From positions 1 to 18,584 of the forward strand of contig JAWDMD010000008.1 in the NCBI GenBank assembly GCA_046536775.1: 18,584 bases of DNA, written 5' to 3'. Positions 6,097-14,284 of this stretch are shown in pieces. Within the stretch, counting starts at the first letter, position 1; every line of letters starts with the position of its first letter. The notes beneath the pieces were generated by a model. The model did no database searches. It was given only the letters and a program-made list of their open reading frames with translations, and was not told the DNA's origin. This stretch comes from Candidatus Nanopusillus sp. (GTDB lineage: Archaea; Nanobdellota; Nanobdellia; Nanobdellales; Nanobdellaceae). A program made the position numbers and the translations under genes.

Positions 6097-7248
6097 ATGA
6101 TATTTAAGGTTAAGATACATGATTTAACTGAAATATTTAAAGATACAAAATCAAAACTAGTTAAATCAAATATAAATAATGGAGCTAAAGTATATGGAAT
6201 AAAACTTGATAAAATGAAAGGAATGATTGAATTTAAGATATTGCCAAATAGGAGAATAGGAACTGAATTCGCCGATATTGCAAAAATTTTTGGATTAAAA
6301 GGAATATTACATTCAGATGAATTACCAAATTATGGAATATCTGAAGAGGAAGTCAACAATGTTAAAAGAATGTTAAACTGTTCAGATGAAGATGCATTTA
6401 TACTGTTAATATCAAAAGACTATGAAGCAGCCAAAAAAGTTTTTGGCTTAATAATAAATAGAATAAATGAATCAATTAAAAGAGTACCAAAGGATACTAG
6501 ACAAGCAAATGACGAAGGAACTACATCTTTTTTAAGACCACAACCAGGTTCCGAAAGAATGTATCCAGAAACAGATCATCCTTATATTCATATTAATAAA
6601 GATATTATTGAAAATAACGAATATAATATAATAAGATATAACATAAGTTATGGAGATATTAAAGAAATATTTGATATATACTATTTAAAAAAATTTGACA
6701 AAGATCTATATATTAAACTGTTAAATGAGGATAAAAAAATATTAAATTCTATTGATCCAGAATTTGTTAAACAAATGTTAAAATCTCTTGGATACAATGA
6801 AAAACAAATTGAAAATATAATATGGAATGAATATATAAATGATATAATAAAAATATCGTTTGATATAGATCCAAATATTGTATATTATTTATTCTTTCAG
6901 ATGATCGGAGATACAGAAAGTTTATTTAAAGAAAAAATAGAAAAATTTGATGTAGATTTTATATATAAGATAAAGGATTATTTAAAAAATAAAAAAATTG
7001 TAAAAAATGCAATACCAATAATATATTATCATTATATTAAATATAATAAGAATATTGAAGACATAATAAAAGAAAATAATTTGTATAAGAGAGATAAAGA
7101 AAAATTAAAGAAGGAAATTGAAGAATACGTAAAATCAACGAACATTAAAGATAAGAAAGTTATTTTTTCAAATGTATTTAGTAAATTTAAATACGTAGCA
7201 GATAGTGAAGACATCAAAAAAGTACTAGAAGAAATATTAAACATATAA
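6097..7248 (+). CDS. gatE: Glu-tRNA(Gln) amidotransferase subunit E, C-terminal portion only (insertion domain, end of the cradle domain, helical and tail domains)
   Basis: 383 aa. It contains the GatE-specific block LKGILHSDELPNYGISEEEVNNVKRML...DAFILL...VPKDTRQANDEGTTSFLRPQPGSERMYPETDHP (HSDELP at residues 72-77, RMYPETD at 154-160). From memory, full-length GatE is ~620 aa with these motifs roughly 260 residues further in. The upstream 30 bp and the preceding gene (tfe) leave no room for the N-terminal catalytic part. Confidence 0.75.
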   Translation: MIFKVKIHDLTEIFKDTKSKLVKSNINNGAKVYGIKLDKMKGMIEFKILPNRRIGTEFADIAKIFGLKGILHSDELPNYGISEEEVNNVKRMLNCSDEDAFILLISKDYEAAKKVFGLIINRINESIKRVPKDTRQANDEGTTSFLRPQPGSERMYPETDHPYIHINKDIIENNEYNIIRYNISYGDIKEIFDIYYLKKFDKDLYIKLLNEDKKILNSIDPEFVKQMLKSLGYNEKQIENIIWNEYINDIIKISFDIDPNIVYYLFFQMIGDTESLFKEKIEKFDVDFIYKIKDYLKNKKIVKNAIPIIYYHYIKYNKNIEDIIKENNLYKRDKEKLKKEIEEYVKSTNIKDKKVIFSNVFSKFKYVADSEDIKKVLEEILNI

Positions 7249-7270
7249 AATTTTTATATATTAAATTTTT

Positions 7271-7678
7271 ATGGAAGAATGTATATTTTGTAAGATAATA
7301 AATAAAGAGATACCTTCATATATACTATATGAAGATGAATATTCTATAGCATTTCTAGATATAAACCCAATAAATAAAGGACACATACTATTCGTACCAA
7401 AAAAGCATTTTGATAGAATATCAAATATTGATGATGAGTATATAAAGAATTTTTATAGAAGTTTTACAAAGTTCTTAAAATTGTTTGAGGAAAAGATATC
7501 AAAGGACTATAATATAATAGTAAATAATGGAAAAAATGCTGGACAGGCCGTATTTCATGCACATATACATATAATACCACAATATAATGAAAATGGATAT
7601 AAAAATATATTCAATTGGAATACTCATAAATTATCAAAAGAAGAAGCTGAGGAGATAATAAAAAAATTTAATTTTTAG
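7271..7678 (+). CDS. HIT-family (histidine triad, Hint-like) nucleotide hydrolase
   Basis: 135 aa. It has an N-terminal CIFCKI motif, the histidine triad HAHIHIIP, and FLDINPINKGHILFVPKKH. It ends in TAG (7676-7678), the only TAG stop among the genes called here. Confidence 0.9.
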   Translation: MEECIFCKIINKEIPSYILYEDEYSIAFLDINPINKGHILFVPKKHFDRISNIDDEYIKNFYRSFTKFLKLFEEKISKDYNIIVNNGKNAGQAVFHAHIHIIPQYNENGYKNIFNWNTHKLSKEEAEEIIKKFNF

Positions 7679-8367
7679 ATTTCTTTATATTCAATAATTC
7701 CATCATTTACTATTTTAAATTTTATAGATATTCCTTCTGGTAAATATCTATGCTTCCTTAATATTGCTTCCCTAATACCATTATCCAAGATTCTCAATTC
7801 AATCAAGCATTTTGACCAATATTTTATTAAATCTCCTCCAACAACCCCAATTGTATCTTTATTATCAAACAAAGAATATACTTGATTTATAACTAGAACT
7901 GCTATATTATATTTCCTAGAAATTTCTGAAAATATCTGTAATTGTCTTGCAAGTTCTATATTTACTTCATTTACATTACTATCACCCCTTTCTAATCTAT
8001 ATAACATTGATATAGAATCTACAACAATTAATCCAACATCATTAGAATTCTTTTTTATATAATCGTACGTTAAATATATTGCTTTTTTCTGTTCAGAAAA
8101 ATTTACTGGTTTATATAATAATATGTTTTTCATTATGTTTTCAAAATCTTCCTTTGCAATCTGTTTTAATCTTTCAGGAGAAAAACCACCCTCAGTATCA
8201 ATATATATAACCTTTTTTCCTAACTTAGAAACATTATAAGAACTTATTATCGCAATATTTGTTTTTCCAGATGCAGAAGGGCCATAAAATGATGTAATAA
8301 TGTCTGTTTCAATGCCACCATCCAACAATTTATCTATTGGATATATCCCAGTAGAAATTTTACTCAT
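7675..8367 (-). CDS. radB: DNA repair and recombination protein RadB (RadA/Rad51 paralogue lacking the N-terminal domain)
   Basis: 230 aa. ISTGIYPIDKLLDGGIETDIITSFYGPSASGKTN contains Walker A. YIDTEGGFSPERLKQIA is the Rad51/RadA-family signature, and LIVVDSI is Walker B. The size and the lack of an HhH N-domain fit RadB rather than RadA. Confidence 0.85.
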   Translation of the reverse strand: MSKISTGIYPIDKLLDGGIETDIITSFYGPSASGKTNIAIISSYNVSKLGKKVIYIDTEGGFSPERLKQIAKEDFENIMKNILLYKPVNFSEQKKAIYLTYDYIKKNSNDVGLIVVDSISMLYRLERGDSNVNEVNIELARQLQIFSEISRKYNIAVLVINQVYSLFDNKDTIGVVGGDLIKYWSKCLIELRILDNGIREAILRKHRYLPEGISIKFKIVNDGIIEYKEI

Positions 8368-8401
8368 ATAGAAATTTTTCTATTATTTTTTAAAAATATA
8401 A

Positions 8402-9682
8402 CTAATACTTAACTTCAATTTCCTTTTCTCCTATTTTAATATATAAATACTTTACTTTCTTTCTAATACTATTTTTATAATTATTGATTATAAATTCTAA
8501 TGCTTTATTTATATCATTTACTTTTCTCTTTGTAATTGTATATATTTTTCCGTTTCTAATTATTAATTCTTCATTCTTATGTTTTTCATAAAATCTATTA
8601 TAGTCTTTTTCTTCCCATAACAAAGGACCCTCTTTTATTTCATATTCTGGTAATTTATCTGGATAATATAATATATAACCATATAAATAATTTTCATCGA
8701 AAAAATAATAGTAATTGAAAATCCTAAATCCAATATTATTTATCCACTTTTTAATATTATTAAACAGAGATAAAGCTTTACTATTTTTTATATCTTTATT
8801 ATTTGAATCTCCCTCAATCTTTAAATATATCATATTTACACTATATTTTTCAGCCAATCTTTTTATTTCATCATAATTCCTATATATTTTATTAAAAAAG
8901 AATTTTTCTTTATCTTCAGATAATAAAAATAGTCTAGAATAATATATAAATTCTGAAAATTTTTGTAAAGAAACTGAAGCTGCAACATTTCTATATTTAT
9001 CGGTTGGATCAATTATTATTATTGGAGATTTTATTTTATCTTTTGATAGATTTTTCTTTATTTCATCATAATTTTTATAGTATTTTTCTAAATCTATTAT
9101 TATTTTTGGTTTCCAGCTAGATACATTTTTTATTGTATTTTCAAAAGATCCATAATTTATTAATATTAGTTCTATTGCATATCCAGAAAATCCTTTAACA
9201 TAAGATTCTGCCCCATAAACATTTATATTCTTTGTAAATAATTTTAGTAACCTAACTTCATCCCTCATTTTTTTATTTAATTTACTTATTACATATTTAA
9301 CATGGAATGGTGAAAGGTCTGTAGTATTTTTCGCTTCCTTTATATCATTTATCTTTAATATTGGAACTAATTCAAATGTTAAACCTTTATAAATTACTCT
9401 AAAATAATCTCTAGAACCCCTTATCCTTATATAATCTAAATTTTCTTTCTTTAATACATTTTCAACACTATTAGATATGTTTTTATCATCTTTAAATAAT
9501 AGGAAAGTATCTACATCAAAATCATTTTTTATCCATGTATCCTTGGCAAATGATCCTCCCAAGAATGGCTCTAAATTATTTGATCTTAATATATCAAAAA
9601 ATTCATTTATTATAATATATACCTTCTTTTTTTCCTCCTCAGATGGTTTTATTTTAGATAATATCTTGTTATAATCTATCAT
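8402..9682 (-). CDS. cca: CCA-adding enzyme (archaeal class I tRNA nucleotidyltransferase)
   Basis: 426 aa. The catalytic motif is GGSFAKDTWIKNDFDVDTFLLF (the class I GS...DxD pattern). The downstream RGSRDYFRV and FELVP blocks, and the length, are typical of archaeal Cca. Its ATG overlaps the TGA of aRF1 (ATGA at 9679-9682). Confidence 0.85.
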   Translation of the reverse strand: MIDYNKILSKIKPSEEEKKKVYIIINEFFDILRSNNLEPFLGGSFAKDTWIKNDFDVDTFLLFKDDKNISNSVENVLKKENLDYIRIRGSRDYFRVIYKGLTFELVPILKINDIKEAKNTTDLSPFHVKYVISKLNKKMRDEVRLLKLFTKNINVYGAESYVKGFSGYAIELILINYGSFENTIKNVSSWKPKIIIDLEKYYKNYDEIKKNLSKDKIKSPIIIIDPTDKYRNVAASVSLQKFSEFIYYSRLFLLSEDKEKFFFNKIYRNYDEIKRLAEKYSVNMIYLKIEGDSNNKDIKNSKALSLFNNIKKWINNIGFRIFNYYYFFDENYLYGYILYYPDKLPEYEIKEGPLLWEEKDYNRFYEKHKNEELIIRNGKIYTITKRKVNDINKALEFIINNYKNSIRKKVKYLYIKIGEKEIEVKY

Positions 9683-10761
9683 ATTTTAAATCTTAATATT
9701 GCACCTATTTTAAAGTTCGAAAATTGTTCCCCTTCAGGATGATTTTTTGATATTATTTCAACTTTTGCATTTGTTTGTTCAATCAATCCAAGTAATTCTT
9801 TAATCCTATCTTTATAATCTTCAGATATTAATATTGTATCTACTGCACCAATTTCTAATGCTTTTTTTACATCATCAAACCCATAAACTACTAAACCAGT
9901 ACCCTTTCCAAGATGCTCAAAAAATGTTTTTGCCAATTCTATTTCCCTTATATATTCTGTTTTTTCTAATATATCTTTTGCCTTTTCTAACAATTCTTTT
10001 AGTCCATATTCATTTGAATATGCTGTATCATATACAGCTAAAATTTTTTGTTTAAGTTGATATGGTAAATAATCCCCATTAACAAATTGATCTTTAAGCA
10101 ACCCCGGTCCTCCAACTAATATACCAACCAATTTATCCAGATCTTTTTCAAAGTAGTTTCTAATTTCATCTGCTAAATATTTTAACCACAAATGAACATC
10201 TTGTTCTATTAGTCTTTGAAACCTTACAGAAGATTGTCCTCCAGCCCTTATCTTACCAGGAACCCATGATTGCTTATCTTCCAATACTATTAGTTGATTA
10301 CCCTTTAATACTCCTATAGAAGCTTCTCCTCTATCTAAAACAATTAATCCGTATATTTGTTTTGGTAATATTAATTCTTTTAACGGATCTAATACAAACT
10401 TAGAATCACATCTATATAATCTTATATTTAATTTTTCAGGAGATTCTATTGCCCATAACCTTATATCAACATCTCCAGGTCTATTTGAAATATTTCCACA
10501 AAATACTATTAAACCATTATCTGGATTCTTTTTCAACCCTTTTAGATAATTTATTATCTTTGCCAATGCATCCATAACGTGTTGTCTAGTATTTTTATCC
10601 TTAATATTTTGTGCAGTTGAATATTCATAACTTAAATGATCTAAAACCTTAGTTAAATCATATCCAGCTGGTATATAGTACGAAATTAGTTCTGTAGCTT
10701 TACCATTATATTTACTTAATTCTTCTATTAACATTTGTAATTCAAGTTCTTTAACATCCAT
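9679..10761 (-). CDS. prf1: Peptide chain release factor aRF1
   Basis: 360 aa. The GGQ motif in KIRAGGQSSVRFQRL lies at residues 174-176 (nt 10234-10242, verified). Domain-1 motif TAQNIKDKNTRQHV has NIKD at nt 10597-10608 (verified). The N-terminal GKATELISYYIP block is typical of aRF1/eRF1. Confidence 0.9.
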   Translation of the reverse strand: MDVKELELQMLIEELSKYNGKATELISYYIPAGYDLTKVLDHLSYEYSTAQNIKDKNTRQHVMDALAKIINYLKGLKKNPDNGLIVFCGNISNRPGDVDIRLWAIESPEKLNIRLYRCDSKFVLDPLKELILPKQIYGLIVLDRGEASIGVLKGNQLIVLEDKQSWVPGKIRAGGQSSVRFQRLIEQDVHLWLKYLADEIRNYFEKDLDKLVGILVGGPGLLKDQFVNGDYLPYQLKQKILAVYDTAYSNEYGLKELLEKAKDILEKTEYIREIELAKTFFEHLGKGTGLVVYGFDDVKKALEIGAVDTILISEDYKDRIKELLGLIEQTNAKVEIISKNHPEGEQFSNFKIGAILRFKI

Positions 10762-10785
10762 TATATAGAAAATTAAAAATAATTT

Positions 10786-11478
10786 TTAAATACCAATGTA
10801 CTCAGCTATATATTTCAGATCATAATTTAAATTCAACCTTTTAGATATATTTAATATATTATTTAAATCTCTACTGAGAAATTCTTCAGAATATGGAGAA
10901 TCAACTGGTATTGATTGTGATGCATCTATTATATATGGAACATTATTGAATATAATTATATTATATTCTGAAAAATCGCCATGAACTAATCTAGCCTTGT
11001 TATATATTTTTTTATATTGATCTAATATATCAAAAAATAATTCTTCTTTATTTTCAATCGAATTATAATAATCATGTAATAATAATGGTCCCTTTTCATA
11101 ACCTATATATTCCATTACTAATATATTTCCTTTATATGAATATGGGATTGGAACTCTTACTAAATTTTTATACATTTTTCTTAAGTTCATGTATTCTTTT
11201 TTTACCCAAGTATATATTATCCCAATCTTTGTTCTTGGAAATTTGTATATTCTAGGATCGGCTTTTAAGTAATTTACCTGCTCTTTATAACTTATTGACA
11301 TTACTTTATATATCTTTATTGCAAATTTTCCAGATCTTACGATGATTGCTTCCTTACCTTCAGATACCAATGCCAAATCATCTTTTATATAATGATCTCT
11401 GTATAATCTATCTAAATAGTATAATGTATTTTTATCAAATACTTTTCCATATACTTTCCATATTTCTCTATATTTCAT
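10786..11478 (-). CDS. RIO-type atypical serine protein kinase
   Basis: 230 aa. VSEGKEAIIV is the nucleotide-binding loop (the family pattern is STGKEA). LVHGDFSEYNIII is the catalytic loop and IIDASQSI is the metal-binding loop. There is no N-terminal winged helix, so it is closer to Rio1/RioB than Rio2. Its ATG overlaps the TGA of the upstream membrane protein gene (ATGA). Confidence 0.85.
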   Translation of the reverse strand: MKYREIWKVYGKVFDKNTLYYLDRLYRDHYIKDDLALVSEGKEAIIVRSGKFAIKIYKVMSISYKEQVNYLKADPRIYKFPRTKIGIIYTWVKKEYMNLRKMYKNLVRVPIPYSYKGNILVMEYIGYEKGPLLLHDYYNSIENKEELFFDILDQYKKIYNKARLVHGDFSEYNIIIFNNVPYIIDASQSIPVDSPYSEEFLSRDLNNILNISKRLNLNYDLKYIAEYIGI

Positions 11479-12227
11479 ATTAATATATCTATTATACTAG
11501 CTCTTAAGCCTGGTAAGAATCCTAAGTAAAATAACATTATATATATTACATTTCCCAGATCATCCTTTAAATAATATTTTGTATATAGTGCAATAAATAA
11601 TGTTAAAGATAGTTTTAATCCATAAAATAATAGAGGATTGTTATATTGAAAAATAAGAATATTTAATAATTGATGTTCTGATTGTAAATTAAAATAATAT
11701 ATTGAAATAATTGAAAAAATAATCTCATATATCTCACCAAATATTGATAAATAAAATAATTTTTCTCTATAGGATAAATAGATTAAAAGAGAAAACAATA
11801 GAATAAATATTAAAAATGGTAATAAATTTATTGGTCTTCCAAAGATAAAAAATGGAATTTCTAATATTAAAATTGCCAATAATATATATAAATAATATTT
11901 TCTATATTTATATAAAAATAGAACTGGTAAAAAAGACATTAAAATCCATAATTCTAATAATGGCGTAAATAATAAATATGTTTTTATTGTATAACCAAGA
12001 TCTGTATTTACCCTTGGGATAATAAATATTAGAGTTAAAATAATTAGATCTAATAAAAAATATCTATCAATAACTATTTTTTTATTTTTTATAAAAAGAT
12101 AATAAAAAAGAATAAAACCAATAACAAATAATAGTCCATATAAAAATGTATTATATATATTGTATTGATATTGATATCCTATTATTGGATATATAAAATA
12201 TTGATAAAAAAGTTGATATAGATTCAT
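11475..12227 (-). CDS. Polytopic integral membrane protein, function unknown
   Basis: 250 aa, almost entirely hydrophobic, with roughly 7-8 predicted TM segments by eye. The N-terminus (YFIYPIIGYQYQYNIYNTFLYGLLFVIGF) reminds me of the archaeal DUF63 membrane family. That is unverified recollection. Its start overlaps the upstream stop by 1 nt (TAATG). Confidence 0.55.
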   Translation of the reverse strand: MNLYQLFYQYFIYPIIGYQYQYNIYNTFLYGLLFVIGFILFYYLFIKNKKIVIDRYFLLDLIILTLIFIIPRVNTDLGYTIKTYLLFTPLLELWILMSFLPVLFLYKYRKYYLYILLAILILEIPFFIFGRPINLLPFLIFILLFSLLIYLSYREKLFYLSIFGEIYEIIFSIISIYYFNLQSEHQLLNILIFQYNNPLLFYGLKLSLTLFIALYTKYYLKDDLGNVIYIMLFYLGFLPGLRASIIDILI

Positions 12228-12625
12228 TAACGCCTATAATATTGAAAATATTGAAGTAAATTGTTTAATAGAGCAATTATATTATCTAACTTTGTCGCAA
12301 TTGTATCCAATTTTGTATTTAACATCTGTATTGCATTATAATCGGGGTTTGTGTATTGATTATTATATCCATAATTCTGTGGAAAGTTTGGTAAGTATGC
12401 TTGAGGATTTACTTGTCCTGGGAACTGATTTTGTTGAAATGCATTTTGATTCTGAACTGGTGGCGGTGGCAATGGAGGTGGTGATAAGGGTTCATTTGGA
12501 TATGGACCTGGAGGATAATTTCCTGGTCCTTCTGGTGGATAATTCATAAAGTCTCTTTGCTGATCTATATTATAATCTTCATCATTTCTCTTTCCAAAAA
12601 TATTTTTTATAAAATCAAATGCCAT
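12227..12625 (-). CDS. P/Q/N-rich low-complexity protein with a C-terminal helix, function unknown
   Basis: 132 aa. The N-terminal peptide is MAFDFIKNIFGKRN. In residues 21-100, 45 of 80 are P (20), N (13) or Q (12) by my count, including PPPLPPPP (nt 12458-12481, verified). The C-terminal helix is IQMLNTKLDTIATKLDNIIALLNNLLQYFQ. The architecture matches the 3564-4265 product. Confidence 0.6.
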   Translation of the reverse strand: MAFDFIKNIFGKRNDEDYNIDQQRDFMNYPPEGPGNYPPGPYPNEPLSPPPLPPPPVQNQNAFQQNQFPGQVNPQAYLPNFPQNYGYNNQYTNPDYNAIQMLNTKLDTIATKLDNIIALLNNLLQYFQYYRR

Positions 12626-12656
12626 ATAATATTATAAAATTCTTTAATATATAAAA

Positions 12657-13280
12657 CTATTCTCCTTCCTCTTCCAAACCCTTCTCCATAAATTCTTCAT
12701 AAGATATAGGTAATTCTCCCCTTTTGGATAATAATCCCTTATTTCTTAAATATTCCCTAGCAATAATATAATATAATAAGGCTAAAGACTTTGCTCCTCT
12801 ATTATTTGCTGGTATAGCAATATCTATATAACTTAGAGAGTTATTTGTATCAACAAAAGCAATTGTTGTTTTTCCAGTTCTATATGCATCCAATAATGCA
12901 TTTCTATCAAGTATAGGATCTGTTATTATAACAACATCAACATCCTTAAATATATCTAAAGCGGGATTTGTTAATAATCCTGGAGGATACCTTTTTGGAT
13001 AAACATTTATTCCTGTATATTTATTTAACATTTGCAGTGGTTTTCTTGTAGTCTCTCTTCTTCCAACTGCTAATATCTGATATGGCTCATATTTTGATAA
13101 TAATTTTGCTGATAATCTCAATCTTTCATCTAATTTTATTACATCTATAATTGCTAATCCATCAGATCTTACTCTAGCAATAAACTTTTTTGTTTGTTTA
13201 TTCTTTATTTTTGTACCTATATGAACACCTGCCTTTATATATTCCTCCAAACTAACTAACCACATATTTTCTTGTGCCAT
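12657..13280 (-). CDS. rps2: 30S ribosomal protein uS2
   Basis: The block LEEYIKAGVHIGTKIKNKQTKKFIARVRSDGLAIIDVIKLDERLRLSAKLL matches the archaeal uS2 signature. The ORF track starts it at 13328, which would overlap uL2 by 47 nt. I prefer ATG at 13280-13278 (MAQENMW), which sits 1 nt after the uL2 stop (...GCAATATAAgATGGCACAA). Confidence 0.9.
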   Translation of the reverse strand: MAQENMWLVSLEEYIKAGVHIGTKIKNKQTKKFIARVRSDGLAIIDVIKLDERLRLSAKLLSKYEPYQILAVGRRETTRKPLQMLNKYTGINVYPKRYPPGLLTNPALDIFKDVDVVIITDPILDRNALLDAYRTGKTTIAFVDTNNSLSYIDIAIPANNRGAKSLALLYYIIAREYLRNKGLLSKRGELPISYEEFMEKGLEEEGE

Positions 13281-13281
13281 C

Positions 13282-14013
13282 TTATATTGCTTTCTTTCTT
13301 CCAGTTCTTCTTGAGCCATATTTACCATACTTTATTGGATATCCATGTTTGGGTAATGGAGTCATTCCACCTTTATTTCTCTTATGTTTACCTCCCAATG
13401 GATGGTCTGCAGCATTTCTTGCAGTTGGTTTACTAATTGGCCAATTTCTATGATGAGCCTTTTTAAAATAATATTTATTCCCAGCTTTAACAAATGGTTT
13501 ATCTGTTCTTCCACTTCCAGCAACTGTTCCTAAGATTGCTCTAGAGTATAAATTAACTATTTTTGTTTTTCCAGATGGCAATTTTAATATTGCATATTTA
13601 CCTGTTTTTTGAACTAATATACATGATGTACCAGATGTTCTTGCAATCTTTCCCCCATCACCAGGAGAAATTTCTATCATACAAACATTTGATCCATCTG
13701 GAATAACTTTTAATGGTAAAATATTTCCTTTCTCTATTGGAGCATTTACACCAGCATAAATTTCTTTTCCAACATATAAACCTTCAACAGCAGGAACTAA
13801 AATTGTTTCCCCCGTTTCAAATTTTATCTTAGCAATTGGAGCATAATGAGCCCTATCCTTTATTATATCTATGACAACACCTTTTACCTTATTCTTCATT
13901 TCTTTTTCATCTAAAGGTCTAAAAGAAAACTCTCCTATTGAATAAAAATCTGGAACCTTATATATATTCTTTCCCTTACCTAACCTCTGTTGTAATATTG
14001 TATTTCCACCCAT
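13282..14013 (-). CDS. rpl2: 50S ribosomal protein uL2
   Basis: 243 aa. The blocks GDGGKIARTSGTSCILVQK, SGKTKIVNLYSRAILGTVAGSGRTDKPFVKAGNKY and ARNAADHPLGGK are typical of the archaeal/eukaryotic uL2 family. Confidence 0.9.
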   Translation of the reverse strand: MGGNTILQQRLGKGKNIYKVPDFYSIGEFSFRPLDEKEMKNKVKGVVIDIIKDRAHYAPIAKIKFETGETILVPAVEGLYVGKEIYAGVNAPIEKGNILPLKVIPDGSNVCMIEISPGDGGKIARTSGTSCILVQKTGKYAILKLPSGKTKIVNLYSRAILGTVAGSGRTDKPFVKAGNKYYFKKAHHRNWPISKPTARNAADHPLGGKHKRNKGGMTPLPKHGYPIKYGKYGSRRTGRKKAI

Positions 14014-14014
14014 T

Positions 14015-14275
14015 TTATATTAATCCTAATTTAGATAATATATCTTGGGCCTTGTATTCCTTTTCTAATGTGACATATGCTTTTTTTCTTCCTTTATAAT
14101 CTATTAATGTATTTAACCCTTTTACTTTAACATTAAATAATTTTTCAACAGCTTCCTTTATATCTTTCTTTGTAGAAGATCTATTTACAATAAAAATAAC
14201 CTTATTATATTTATCAAGCAAATACATATCCCTTTCTGTTAATTCTGCATAAAGTATAACATCTTTTATATCCAT
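14015..14275 (-). CDS. rpl23: 50S ribosomal protein uL23
   Basis: 86 aa. LTERDMYLLDKYNKVIFIVNRSSTKKDIKEAVEKLFNVKVKGLNTL...KKAYVTL matches the uL23 pattern. It sits between uL4 and uL2, as in canonical operons. Confidence 0.85.
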   Translation of the reverse strand: MDIKDVILYAELTERDMYLLDKYNKVIFIVNRSSTKKDIKEAVEKLFNVKVKGLNTLIDYKGRKKAYVTLEKEYKAQDILSKLGLI

Positions 14276-14284
14276 CTTATAATT

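Noticed and set aside
7032-7244. A 70-aa minus-strand ORF antisense to the gatE 3' region.
   Set aside because: It is nested antisense in a gene with clear homology. Its S/F/L-rich composition mirrors the K/E-rich sense strand.
7675-8367. The possibility that the 230-aa RecA-fold ATPase is ArlH/FlaH (the KaiC-like archaellum component) rather than RadB.
   Set aside because: The IDTEGGFSPERL block and the ISTG...LDxLLxGG N-terminus are Rad51/RadA/RadB signatures, not ArlH features.
9477-10055. Two plus-strand ORFs (9477-9674 and 9834-10055) antisense to cca and aRF1.
   Set aside because: Both are nested in confidently identified genes, have no motifs, and have antisense-type composition.
11475-12227. 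The possibility that the 250-aa polytopic membrane protein is the missing prepilin/preflagellin peptidase (FlaK/PibD, A24 family) for the filament system.
   Set aside because: I could not find the two catalytic Asp motifs, in particular the GxGD-type motif, in the sequence. The N-terminus looks more like a DUF63-type protein. This still deserves an HMM check.
12292-12549. An 85-aa plus-strand ORF, together with a local G+C-rich island (about 12440-12540), which could have marked a structured RNA gene or a split-tRNA half in an AT-rich genome.
   Set aside because: The G+C enrichment is explained by Pro/Gly codons of the minus-strand P/Q/N-rich protein (CCA CCT CCA TTG CCA CCG CCA CCA encodes PPPLPPPP). 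I could not draw any tRNA-like cloverleaf or long helix. The plus-strand ORF is the antisense shadow.
13282-13420. uL2 has DHPLGGK where many species have the highly conserved HPHGGG motif. This might have indicated an unusual peptidyl-transferase-centre protein.
   Set aside because: By my recollection, archaeal and eukaryotic uL2 commonly carry HPFGGG, so a hydrophobic residue at this position is within normal variation.
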